From Octopus vulgaris (Eukaryota), in assembly GCA_951406725.2 (NCBI GenBank), contig OX597826.1:4216001-4280000 (forward strand): a DNA stretch of 64,000 nucleotides. The letters are read 5' to 3'. This document shows positions 53,459 through 64,000 of this stretch, in pieces (position 1 is the stretch's first letter; each line of letters opens with the position of its first letter). A model generated the notes under the pieces. It worked only from the letters and a program-made list of their open reading frames with translations, had not been told where the DNA came from and did no database searches. The position numbers and the translations under genes were made by a program.

Positions 53459-53860
53459 TATTTGTAAGATGAATACAAAATGCTTCAAATATAAACACGC
53501 ATCAGTCCCGATGCTGTGCATAGGTGTGCATCTTTATGCATCTGAAAATGTGTGACAAGGTAAGTGCATGAAATGAGAAGAGCCAGATATTAAGATAACG
53601 GGATTGCAATTGTAGGTTAGCAGGTTCGATTTTTCCTTGCACAAAGCAATTACCTCTACGCTACACTAAGTTATTTCACTCAAAACGAAGGCAGCCTCCC
53701 CATCATTTCTTCCAGGTTCGACATCCTGAATGAGGCATAAGTCAATCGGGAAAAGAAAGAAAAGATATCTATATCCATCGAAGATTATATCGGCACGTAA
53801 AACAATTAGTGAAGACATGGTACGTTACAACAGGTCATATTCACTTGCGAGTGAAGGCTA

Positions 53861-54505
53861 TACACTAATCCCTCGCCATATCGCGGTTCACCTATCGCGG
53901 TTTAGTATTTAAGCTTACATCGATTCCTCCAATGTGTTGTTTTGCATTTATGATAAAATAAATATATACAAATTATAAAAATAATAATTTTAAAAAATAG
54001 GAGTGGTTGTGAGGTAAGTAGCTTGCTAACCAACCACATGGTTCCGGGCTCAGTCCCACTGAGTGGCACCTTGGGCAAGTGTTTCTACTATGGCCTCGGG
54101 CCGACCAAAGCCTTGTGAGTGGATTTGGTAGACGGAAACTGCAAGAAGCCCGTCGTATATGTGTACATATATGTATGTGTGTATATGTTTGTGTGTCTGT
54201 GTTTGTCCCACCTCCCAACATAGCTTGACAACCGATGCTGGTGTGTTTAAGTCCCCATAAGTTAGCGGTTCGGCAAAAGAGCCCGATAGAATAAGTACAA
54301 GGCTTACAAAGAATAAGTCATGGGGTCGATTTGCACGACTAAAGGCGGTGCTCCAGCATGGCCACAGTCAAATGACTGAAAAAGGTAAAAGAGTAAAAGG
54401 AGAGAGTAAGGGTATACAGTAAAGCACTGTTTCTAATTCGCGGATTTTCACGTATCGCGGTGAGTTTGGAAACGTAACACCCGCGATAGTCGAGGGATTA
54501 CTGTA
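53861..54505. mobile_element. Tigger/pogo-type MITE interrupted by a SINE
   Basis: TIRs TACACTAATCCCTCGCCATATCGCGG and (reverse complement) TACAGTAATCCCTCGACTATCGCGG; TA ends; TATCGCGG subrepeats. Confidence 0.82.
53999..54400 (+). mobile_element. SINE family A nested in the MITE
   Basis: Full family A body. Confidence 0.9.
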
Positions 54506-54597
54506 CATTTCTAACCGTAAGTTATGATGGGGGGCAGGGGTAATGATTTGTGCATAAAATGTGAGCATATAAATATAATTAAGTGTATATTTATTTC

Positions 54598-54781
54598 CGA
54601 ACCACATGGATCCGGGTTCAGAATCATGGACAAGTGACTTCGACGAAAGCCTCGAGCCGACCACAGTTGAGTGGTTTTGTTAGACGGAAAATGAAAGAAA
54701 CACACACGCACACACACACACACGCACACACACACACACTCACACACATGTACACACACGCACACACACACAATCAGCCAC

Positions 54782-54836
<55 letters not shown>

Positions 54837-55047
54837 TGTCTGTGTCTGTGTATGTGTCTGCCCTCCACCACCGACGTCGGTGCGTTTACGTCCCCATAAC
54901 TATGGATAAGAGAACGCATCGGTAAAAGGAAACGATAGAATAACTTCCAGGCAATACACAGATAAAAGTCTTCTGATGGGGAACCGTTCGACTGGAATTC
55001 AGCCAGGTGGTGCCCCAGCATCGCCACAATCTAATGGCTGAAACAAA
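54598..55047 (+). mobile_element. SINE family A, old diverged copy
   Basis: Degenerate head and GGTGGTGCCCCAGCATCGCCACA..CTGAAACAA tail. Confidence 0.65.
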
Positions 55048-55214
55048 TAATATATATATATACATATTAATATTTAGTAACAGGTCCACACCAACTTACG
55101 AAACTCTCGGACCTTGAGTCGCTATGCTACTTCTACTAAATATCAATAAAATATATACATATACTCATAATTTGGATTCTATTTTTCCTGTTAGCATTAG
55201 CATGCCTGTTTGTA

Positions 55215-55275
<61 letters not shown>

Positions 55276-55278
<3 letters not shown>

Positions 55279-55635
55279 GAGGCACAATGGCTCAGTGGTT
55301 AAGGTAGCGGACTCACGCTCGTATGATTGCGGTTTCGATTCCCCAGACCGGGCGTTGTGAGTGTTTATTGAGTGAAAACACCTAAAGCTCCATGAGGCTC
55401 CGGCAGGGGGATGGTAGCGAACCCTGCTATATTCTTTCACCACAACTTTCTCTCACTTTTAGTTCCTGTTTGTTGTCAAAGAGCCAGCCTTGTCGCACTC
55501 GGTGCCACGTTGAATCTCCCCGAGAACTACGTTAATGGTACACGTGTCTGTGGAATGCTCAGCCACTTGTACGTTAATTTCACGAGCAGGTTGTTTAACT
55601 GGAACCCTCGTCGTCGAACCCGACGGAGTGTCACT
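55276..55635 (+). mobile_element. SINE family C with a third tail type
   Basis: Family C head plus tail GCTCAGCCACTTG.ACGTTAATTTCACGAGCAGG...CCGACGGAGTG.CAC, shared with the 58031 copy. Confidence 0.82.
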
Positions 55636-56654
55636 ATATATATATATATAATTTATCTTTCTAGGTGTATGTATGTACATGTGTGCGTGTGTATAAAATT
55701 ATAATTATTACTATTATTATATACAAATATATATATATACACTTATATGCATACGTATGTATGAGGATGTGTGTATGTGTGCGTGGGAAAATGGACTGCG
55801 CCCAAGTGGATAATATCTACGCATGTACTCGCAAAATTGTTCCAAATTTACGAAGACGGAAATAGCACTTTCTCATTTAAATTAATTATTTCTCATTATC
55901 TATACGACTGTAAGCAATATATATATATACGTATTAATATGTGTGTGTGTGTGTTTACGCGCAGACATACATAAATGTACGAATATACATCTAAATTTTA
56001 TATGTATACACACATAACGTATATGCATCTATATGTTTGTGTGTATATATATATACAGAGATAGATAGATAGATAGATAGATAGATACACAAACACACAG
56101 ATATATATACATACATATATATATATATGTGCGTGTATGTGCGCGCGCATGTATATATGTATATATGTATTATTTATCATACCATAGATAACGACAAATA
56201 ATTAATTAATTATATATGTTACTTATCATAGCGTCGGTAATTTCAAATAATAAACTTTACATAAGGAATTGCTATTTCCGGTACTTTTATATTTGCGATT
56301 ATTTTTGAAGATCAACAGTAGTTAGATGTCAACCGCATAGGTGCGGCTCCAACGAGGCATGTTTTCACGGTTATATAGTTTATGGCGTCCAATGTCGCTT
56401 GCGAATGATTTGGTGTTGTAGATTTAGCAATTAGCGCTCAGGGAAAATTAGATGAAGGATTATGTGTCATATGGATTAATTAAGCGTATGTAAGGAAGTA
56501 TTTTTAGCTTAGTCGTGTAGAACAATTAAGAATTTTGATATTATAGTTGAACACCGAACGAACACTATGACATATTTTTCCTCCTGAAGAAAAGCAGCCA
56601 ATACTACATACTTACCTACTTATACACACACACACACACACACACACACTCATA

Positions 56655-57237
56655 TTACGTCCCCATAACTTAGTGGTTCGGCACAAGAGAACGATAGAAT
56701 AAGTACTGGACTTAAAAGTTAAGTCCTGGAGTCAATTTGTTCGATTAAAATCTTTCAAGGCAGTGCTCCAGCGTGGCCGAAGTCAAATGATTGGAACAAG
56801 TAAAAGTGTAGGCGCAGGCGTAGTAGTGTGGTAAGTAGCTTGCTTACCAACCACATGGTCCTGGGTTCAGTCCCACTTCGTGGCACCTTGGGCAAGTGTT
56901 TTCTACTATAGCCTCGGGCCGACCAAAGCCTTGTGAGTGGATTTGACAGACGGAAACTAAAAGAAACACTTGTCCCTCCACCATCATTTGACAACCGATG
57001 TTGGTGTGTTTACATCCCCGAAACATAGCAGTTCGGCAAGAAGACACCGATTGGATAAGTACTAGGGTTACAAAGAATAAGTCCTGGGGACGATTTGTTC
57101 GACTAAAGGCAGTGCTCTAGCATGGCCGTAGTCAAATGATTGAAACAAATAAACGTAAAAGAATATATATACATATAAAAATCATCTTTTATCTTTTACT
57201 TGTTTGAGTCATTTGACTACGGCCATGCTGGGGCACA
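56655..57237 (+). mobile_element. SINE family A cluster (tail 56655-56806, copy 56811-57163, inverted tail 57186-57237)
   Basis: Direct match to family A. Confidence 0.85.
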
Positions 57238-57399
57238 TAGTCTCTTTCCGGTTGCTGCAGCATCTTTTCTGCGTTTTACTGCATATAACTATACGCTTGT
57301 AGGTACAGTATGATCCTTATCAATTCCAGTCCTATTCTGGTGGTTGACGCCCCCCCCCCCCCATCATCCCTATTCAGACTGACTCACACACACATGCAT

Positions 57400-57680
57400 C
57401 CCACTGTTTGATTCCAATATCTCAAAGGCTTTCCATCTTTCATAAATAAAGAAATAAGCTGCACAACATTTTTTTTTGTGTTCCTTTTTAATCCCATCTT
57501 GCGAGTGACCTGGTGCACAGAGAGAGATGTCCAGTGATTGGTCCAATGCCCTGTGGGAGACCCTTTTCAGGAATTCTTGGTTTCATGCAATGGCTGTAAA
57601 AAATCTTGTTGAACCAAGTTCAACAACTATTTTTCGTTAACATACGCATCATTCTTGAGAAAGCCACGACTATCACAACT
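57400..57680 (-). mobile_element. Possible pogo/Tigger DDE transposase remnant
   Basis: Frameshifted minus-strand reading WFNKIF...EKGLPQ..AL...LD....APGH resembles the Tigger WF...EKGLP.KALLLLDNAPGHP motif. Confidence 0.35.
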
Positions 57681-58030
57681 TCTTGTTCCTCTTCTATCAT
57701 ATCTTTATGATGAATCCACATTTATCTTATAGTGTATTCTGACAGACGGAATTCGGCCAAAACATCCAATTATGGAGTAGTCATTACTAATGAGGTTTAA
57801 TCTTGAGCGAAACTAGACTAGTATGGTGATATCGCTCGCTGTGGGGCGGTAATCTCCCTTGTCACTGCATGGACATGTACTTTTTTGCGACTCTAAGGGT
57901 ATTCAACTCTTATATATGCAATACAGAGGCAACCACGCACAGCCAGTCACAATTAGTAACAACAGAATTTTTGCTTTCCGGTTTTATATTGTATATAGCC
58001 GCCTTCGTAATTTTACAGATATATATATTC

Positions 58031-58240
58031 GTGGCACTCCGTCGGTTACGACGACGAGGGTTCCAGTTGATCCGATCAACGGAACAGCCTGCTCGTGAAA
58101 TTAACGTGCAAGTGGCTGAGCACTCCACAGACACGTGGATGTTTTCGCTCAATAAACACTCACAACACCCGGTCTGGGAATTGAAACCGCGATCCTAGGA
58201 CCGCGAGTCCGCTGCCCTAACCACTGTACCATTGCACCAC
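58031..58240 (-). mobile_element. SINE family C, internally deleted (head fused to tail type 3)
   Basis: Matches both ends of the 55276 copy. Confidence 0.82.
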
Positions 58241-58249
58241 ACACACACT

Positions 58250-58299
<50 letters not shown>

Positions 58300-58335
58300 T
58301 GTGTATGTATGTGTATCTTTATGCATGTATATACA

Positions 58336-58408
<73 letters not shown>

Positions 58409-58414
58409 CCCCAA

Positions 58415-58648
58415 ATTTCATTTAATTTGCTTTGCGGGAAGGACTGTTTCAACGAAGTCGCGTATTGACCTTGCCTTCGTAAGGCGGAATAGACGGAACA
58501 GGGACAACTGATGAAGGGTTATATTCTTTATGATGCATGTCTCGTTTCTCTGTTTGTTGTTATCGTTGTTCGCAAAAAGTTCGTTTCTAAATTATTGTTT
58601 TAATGTTTTTGTTTCTCATTGTGTTCAACGTATTTTTATGTCCTATAC
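58415..58648 (+). mobile_element. Unclassified short repeat in (TA)n, homologous to 32215-32445
   Basis: See the 32215 feature; contains GGGACAA-CTGATGA-AGGG. Confidence 0.6.
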
Positions 58649-59789
58649 GCATATATTCATGTATATATACATATATATGTAGGTATGTACATATATGTAT
58701 GTATAAATGCATATACTTATATATTATTTATATTATTATATATATATATATATATACATACAAAAAATAGAAAGAGAGAGAAAGGGAGGGAGGGAGAGAG
58801 AGATAAATATATTATGTTTGAGTGGTCCCATATATATAATACATATATGCGCGTGCATGTGTGTATGTGTGTGTGTGCGTGCGTGTGTGTGTCATGTACA
58901 GTTCGTATAGTCTTTAGAGAGTAAAAACATAAGCTTTTCACTTTTTATTCCCCATACTGTCCATTAAACTTGTATTCTGAGCTCAGATCCTGCCGAGGTC
59001 AACTTTACCTTTCATATTTCTAGAGTTTGGCAATAAAATTCCTTTCTGGAACGTTCGTCTGGTAGAAACGTTCTCCGTTGAACGAAAGTATTTGCAACAT
59101 TTGTCCAGCTATTTGCGATCTAAGTTCAAACCCGAACATATCTATCTGAGTTTTATACATAATCTTTCTCCCAATTAATCTCCTCCACGTGACCTTGCTT
59201 GAATTTAATGGAATTCCCCTTTGTTGCACGCTTTTGGGTCTTTGGGTTGGGGGAACATCTCCCATTCTTCCTTCCATTAGTCTCGAACGCCCTGTAGGAG
59301 GGCATGAACATTGCTTTTAATTCTGCACAGAATTTTTTTTTAAAAAAAACAGATTTTCTCACTTAATAAAAGATTATGTGGATTATGAGTCGTCAGTATA
59401 TATAATAAATTATTTGAGTAGGAGAACAGGCGGGGTTCTAGCGTCACACATAAGGTACTAATACCGAATTAGGGTGAAATTGTACTGGTTTCGTTATTAG
59501 ACACGCATGCTCTGTAAGTAGCATTAATAAATGTAAGAGATCACTAACTTTTGCTTCATATTTTATTACACCCGCATAAATATACATACATGCGTGTATA
59601 TATATATATATATGTGTGAGTGTGAATACATACACATAGACATACACACATACATGCACACACACGCACACACACATACATACATATATATATGTTACAT
59701 ACATATACACCCACAAACATATACATAGACACACACACGTATATGCAAAGATGATGATGACGATGTCAATGACGACTACGACGACGATA

Positions 59790-59833
<44 letters not shown>

Positions 59834-60280
59834 AGCTCGTCCGTCATATCTGATGATGAGTGAGCGAGATACCTGACTAGCGCAATGTTTTGGGAGTATT
59901 TTTGTGTGTATTTTGTTTTATAGGGAGGAAAAGCTGCGTGCATATTAAACTAACTCGTCTTTAAACACTCTACCCAGTGGCAAGATAAAATATAAGGAAA
60001 AATAGCTTTAATATGAACGTAGGAGATTGCCAAACTGTGTAGTACTTAGCAGCTAACTCGTTGTATGATCCAGGTCGTAAAACATCATATTAAATATTTA
60101 CTTGGTGATAGCTTCCAGCTCAGCAGACACGCATTGTGGTGTGTTGTATCCTATTTCAGTTGTATCAATATATTTGTGCATATAAATATATCAATACGCG
60201 CTTGAAACAAACAGCCCAAAACACATACACACATATAACATGTGTCTGTATATATACATACATACATACATACAAGAGTA

Positions 60281-60616
60281 GACCCCCTTCGATCATGAAT
60301 GACCATGGGATTGCACCTAGAAAGTTACCCTCCCACGTACAAGTCCGGGCAAGGTTGCTTATGGAAGGCCAGCAGTCGCCCATGCATACCGGCCACCCCT
60401 CTCCATGCCACCATTGTTATTCAAGGGAAAGGCAAAGGGGCCAATACAGCTTGGCACCAGTGACGTCGCAACTCATTTCTACAGCTGAGTGAAGTGGAAC
60501 AACGTGAAATAAAGTGTCTTGCTCAAGAACACAACACGCAGCCCGGTCAGGGAAGCGGACTCACAACCTCACGATCGTATGCTCGACGCTCTAACCACTG
60601 AGACATGTGCCTTCAC
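60281..60616 (-). mobile_element. SINE family D (tRNA head, CORE-like domain, RTE-like tail)
   Basis: Head TGTCTCAGTGGTTAGAGCG; CORE-like TGTGTTCTTGAGCAAGACACTT..CACTCAGCTGTAGAAATGAG; flanked by CA/TACA repeats. Confidence 0.78.
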
Positions 60617-60824
60617 ACACACATACATACATACACACATGCATACATGCAGTTGTATTATGGAATTTAAAGTCGTTAGACATTGAATGTGCCGAAACTA
60701 TGATGAATATATTTTCCATGGCTGAAGAGTAGATTTCAATATATATTTTACTTTTTTGTTTATGTTTTCCGTCAACTGTTTCCACGTACCATTTCGACTT
60801 TATATCTTACAATCTTTATCTCCA

Positions 60825-61306
<482 letters not shown>

Positions 61307-61660
61307 CAATGATATAGCTTATGACGAAACAATGGTATGCTTCGCTTTGTGACTTTAATCATCTCATAATAATGACTTTATGACTTTTATTACTACCTCA
61401 GTCCATCTAAATGTATATATCTGTCGTTACCTTTCATAAAAACCCTTTTCTTCTTTTATTTAAAATGTGCATTTTCGCTGATTTTTCTTATTTTCCCCTT
61501 ACATTTCTACGTGTATTTTATATTTTCTTTTTGTAACATATTTCTACTATATATATATATATTAATAGTATATTACGTTAGATTATAATATAAATAAATT
61601 ATTGGATTGTCAATTGTATCTGTATAATTTATTGTTTGTAATTTTTTTTTTTTTCTCTCT

Positions 61661-61934
61661 AGTTTCAGCTCAGAGCTGCGGCCATGCTGATGCACCGCCG
61701 TTTTGTGCTACACTGTTATTGCGAAGAACCTCGTCTAATATGTGGCACTTGGTGAAGAATGGAGTTTGATATAGCTACTCTCATTTGCACCTCTAGCCGT
61801 GAGGTAGGTTCATCTGGGACTCTCGACAGGATGATGTCCAGCTTTGATTTAAAAACCGCTACATCTACTTTGTGCAAGTTCCTCAGACTCTTTGGGAGAT
61901 TATTAAAAAGCTATGGGCCCTTGAAACCCAGGCT
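61661..61934 (-). mobile_element. CR1/L2-group LINE 3' end whose tail matches SINE family A
   Basis: Minus strand SLGFKGP*LFNNLPKSLRNLHKVDVAVFKSKLDIILSRVPDEP, then 3' terminus GGCGGTGCATCAGCATGGCCGCAGCTCTGAGCTGAAACT. Confidence 0.82.
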
Positions 61935-62112
61935 ATATATGTAATTATACTAATGTGTCTATGTGTTCTAATTTAACTAAATTATATGTCTTTGTGCTGC
62001 TGAAGATTGCTCTAAATTTTAAATTGATGTAATGATTGCATAGTTCAATTAAATGGAGTTGCATGAAACGATCGTACTGCATAACCTCTGGATATCTTTG
62101 TTGCATATTTTG

Positions 62113-62158
<46 letters not shown>

Positions 62159-62344
62159 GAAGGAAGTTGAAAGTAAACTAGAAGTGTTTTAGATGGTTTA
62201 TTTTTAGTGCCTTAACTGGTTTCACAGATGTGAGATAGAAAGATATGGAGCGGTACAACAATCGTCTTGCTTCTGACTAGAGTTCGAAATTTTTCTTCTT
62301 TTTATAGAGTGGACGTGGCTAAAATTCGTATTTATTTCAGTGTG

Positions 62345-62746
62345 AACATCCTATAAACCGTAAGAGTGACATGCACAGCTACAACAGAATTCATCCTACA
62401 TGTCTGAACAGAGCGTTGTTATCCTCATTCCGTAAACGGTGGCTTTTAACGGGTGGAGAGCTGAACCATCCTGGGGTACACAGGATTCGCAATCTAGACT
62501 AGGGTCTGAAAGTTTTGCCGCACCATAGTGGGTTACACTATGGTTCCTCCTCGGCAGAAGTATGAAGAACGAATGAGAGAAAGTTGTGGTGAAAGAGTAC
62601 AGCGGGGTTCCCCCCCCCCCACCGGGACCTCGTGGAGCTTAGATGTTTTTGTCAATAAACATTTACAATGCCCGGTCTGATAATCGGAACCGCGTTCTTA
62701 CGACCGCGAGTCTGCTGCCCTAACCACTGGGCCATTGCGCCTCCAC
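62345..62746 (-). mobile_element. SINE family C (head 62570-62746) with a possible fourth tail
   Basis: Head is clear; the extent of the tail is inferred from continuity of non-microsatellite sequence. Confidence 0.65.
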
Positions 62747-62799
62747 TGCTGCTGTTGTTTTTGTTACTGCTGCTGTTGATGATGATGATTGTGTTAGTG

Positions 62800-63000
62800 T
62801 TGTTTTAGCCGTCGTATGTTAACACTGACAGACCAGAACTCAGATCTAGCGCGTCCCAGCCGTGACTATCCCATTTCGTTATGTATATCAAGCACTACAA
62901 CAGCCAATACGTTCTCCGTACCCTGTACATGGCAGCAAGATTTCATTTGAGTGATCTTAGTCTGCTACTTCTAGCAGGTTAAAAGACCACGTAGAGGCTC
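62800..63000 (-). mobile_element. Old interspersed repeat (family E), related to ~43530-43715 on the + strand
   Basis: GTTTTAGC..CCAGCCGTGACTATCCCAT..GCTACTTCTAGC resembles the reverse complement of GCTAAATAATAGC..ATGGGTTGGTCATGACTGG..GCTAAAC. Confidence 0.4.
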
Positions 63001-63069
63001 ATACTTGGGCTCTCTATGTCTCTGTTATTGTATGTTGCTAATGATGTTACTACAGCCTGCGTTCGCAAG

Positions 63070-63189
63070 ATGCTGCTGCTGCTGCTCCTGCTACTTCAAC
63101 TGCAGTTGCTACTGCTGTTGCAGTTGAAAATGTTGCAGTTGGTGCTGTCTTGATACTACTACTACTACTACTACTACTACTATACTACA

Positions 63190-63231
<42 letters not shown>

Positions 63232-63349
63232 GCTACTGCTGCTGCTGCTGTTCATGATGATGATGATAATGATGATGATGATGATGATGCTACTACTACT
63301 ACTATGGCTGCTGCTGATTGTGATGATGAAGATGATGGTGTTACTACTA

Positions 63350-63397
<48 letters not shown>

Positions 63398-63959
63398 ATG
63401 ATACTACTACTACTACTAAAATTGAAATTGCTGCTGATGATGATGCTGATGTTGTTACTGCTGCTCCTGTTCATGGAACTGCTGCCAACATTTGCTAAAT
63501 ACGTTGCTGCTGCTGTTTTCGTTGCTGCATTTTTGCTTTTGCAGTTTACTGTTTCCGCTGCTGCTGCTGCTGCTGCTGCTAGTGATACAGCTGCATTCAC
63601 TGCAAAGTGCATTATTGATAACGCTGCAGTTGCAGCTACTACTGCAGTTGGCAACACTGCAGCAGACACTGCTACTTGCACTCACGAAAATACTACTGCT
63701 TTATTTCTTCATCTTGTTGTTGTTGTTCTTCTTCTCCGGCTCCTCCTCCACTTCTTCTTTTCTTCTCCGCATCCTCCCCTCTTTTACCTCCTCTTCTTCT
63801 TCTTCTTCTTCTTCTTCTTCTCCGCCTCCGCCTCCTCTTCTTTTCTTCTCCTCCCCACCTCTTTTACCTCTTCTTCTTCCTCTCGTCTTCTTCTTCTTCT
63901 ACTTCTTTCTCTTCTGTTTCTTCTTCCTCTCATCTTCTTCTCCACTTCTTCTCCTCCTA

Positions 63960-63996
<37 letters not shown>

Positions 63997-64000
63997 GCTG
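63070..64000. repeat. Compound trinucleotide tracts (CTG/CTA/GAT, then CTT)
   Basis: Direct inspection. Confidence 0.9.

Noticed and set aside
52480-53478. 332-aa ORF, and the 190-aa ORF at 63109-63681
   Set aside because: Composed of GATA/GACA/TA or CTA/CTG repeats; low complexity.
55276-55355. tRNA genes at SINE heads (also 20023, 21240, 60545, 62670)
   Set aside because: A/B boxes are present but the cloverleaves are imperfect and each continues into a SINE body.

Overview
AT-rich, microsatellite-saturated eukaryotic non-coding DNA. The repeat landscape ((TA)n, (CA)n, (GATA)n, (TAA)n and very abundant tRNA-headed SINEs) is characteristic of an octopus/cephalopod genome; this is an inference. 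I found no supportable host protein-coding exon, rRNA, true tRNA gene or CRISPR array, and almost all ORFs in the track are microsatellite read-throughs. Recognisable content: three 5'-truncated R4/Dong-clade non-LTR retrotransposons (one nearly intact and sitting inside a (TAA)n tract), a Penelope GIY-YIG fragment, CR1/L2-group and Tx1-like LINE remnants, a deleted mariner, several TIR MITEs, at least four SINE families, a 1.8-kb degenerate ~58-bp tandem array and a ~1-kb tandem duplication. The most notable signal is a dispersed set of minimal type I hammerhead-ribozyme motifs (one with an intact core, many decayed) in short non-coding inserts, two of which are long head-to-head palindromes. 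They look like Penelope pseudo-LTR or retrozyme-like derivatives. Repeat boundaries were read by eye and are approximate; family letters A-E are my own labels.
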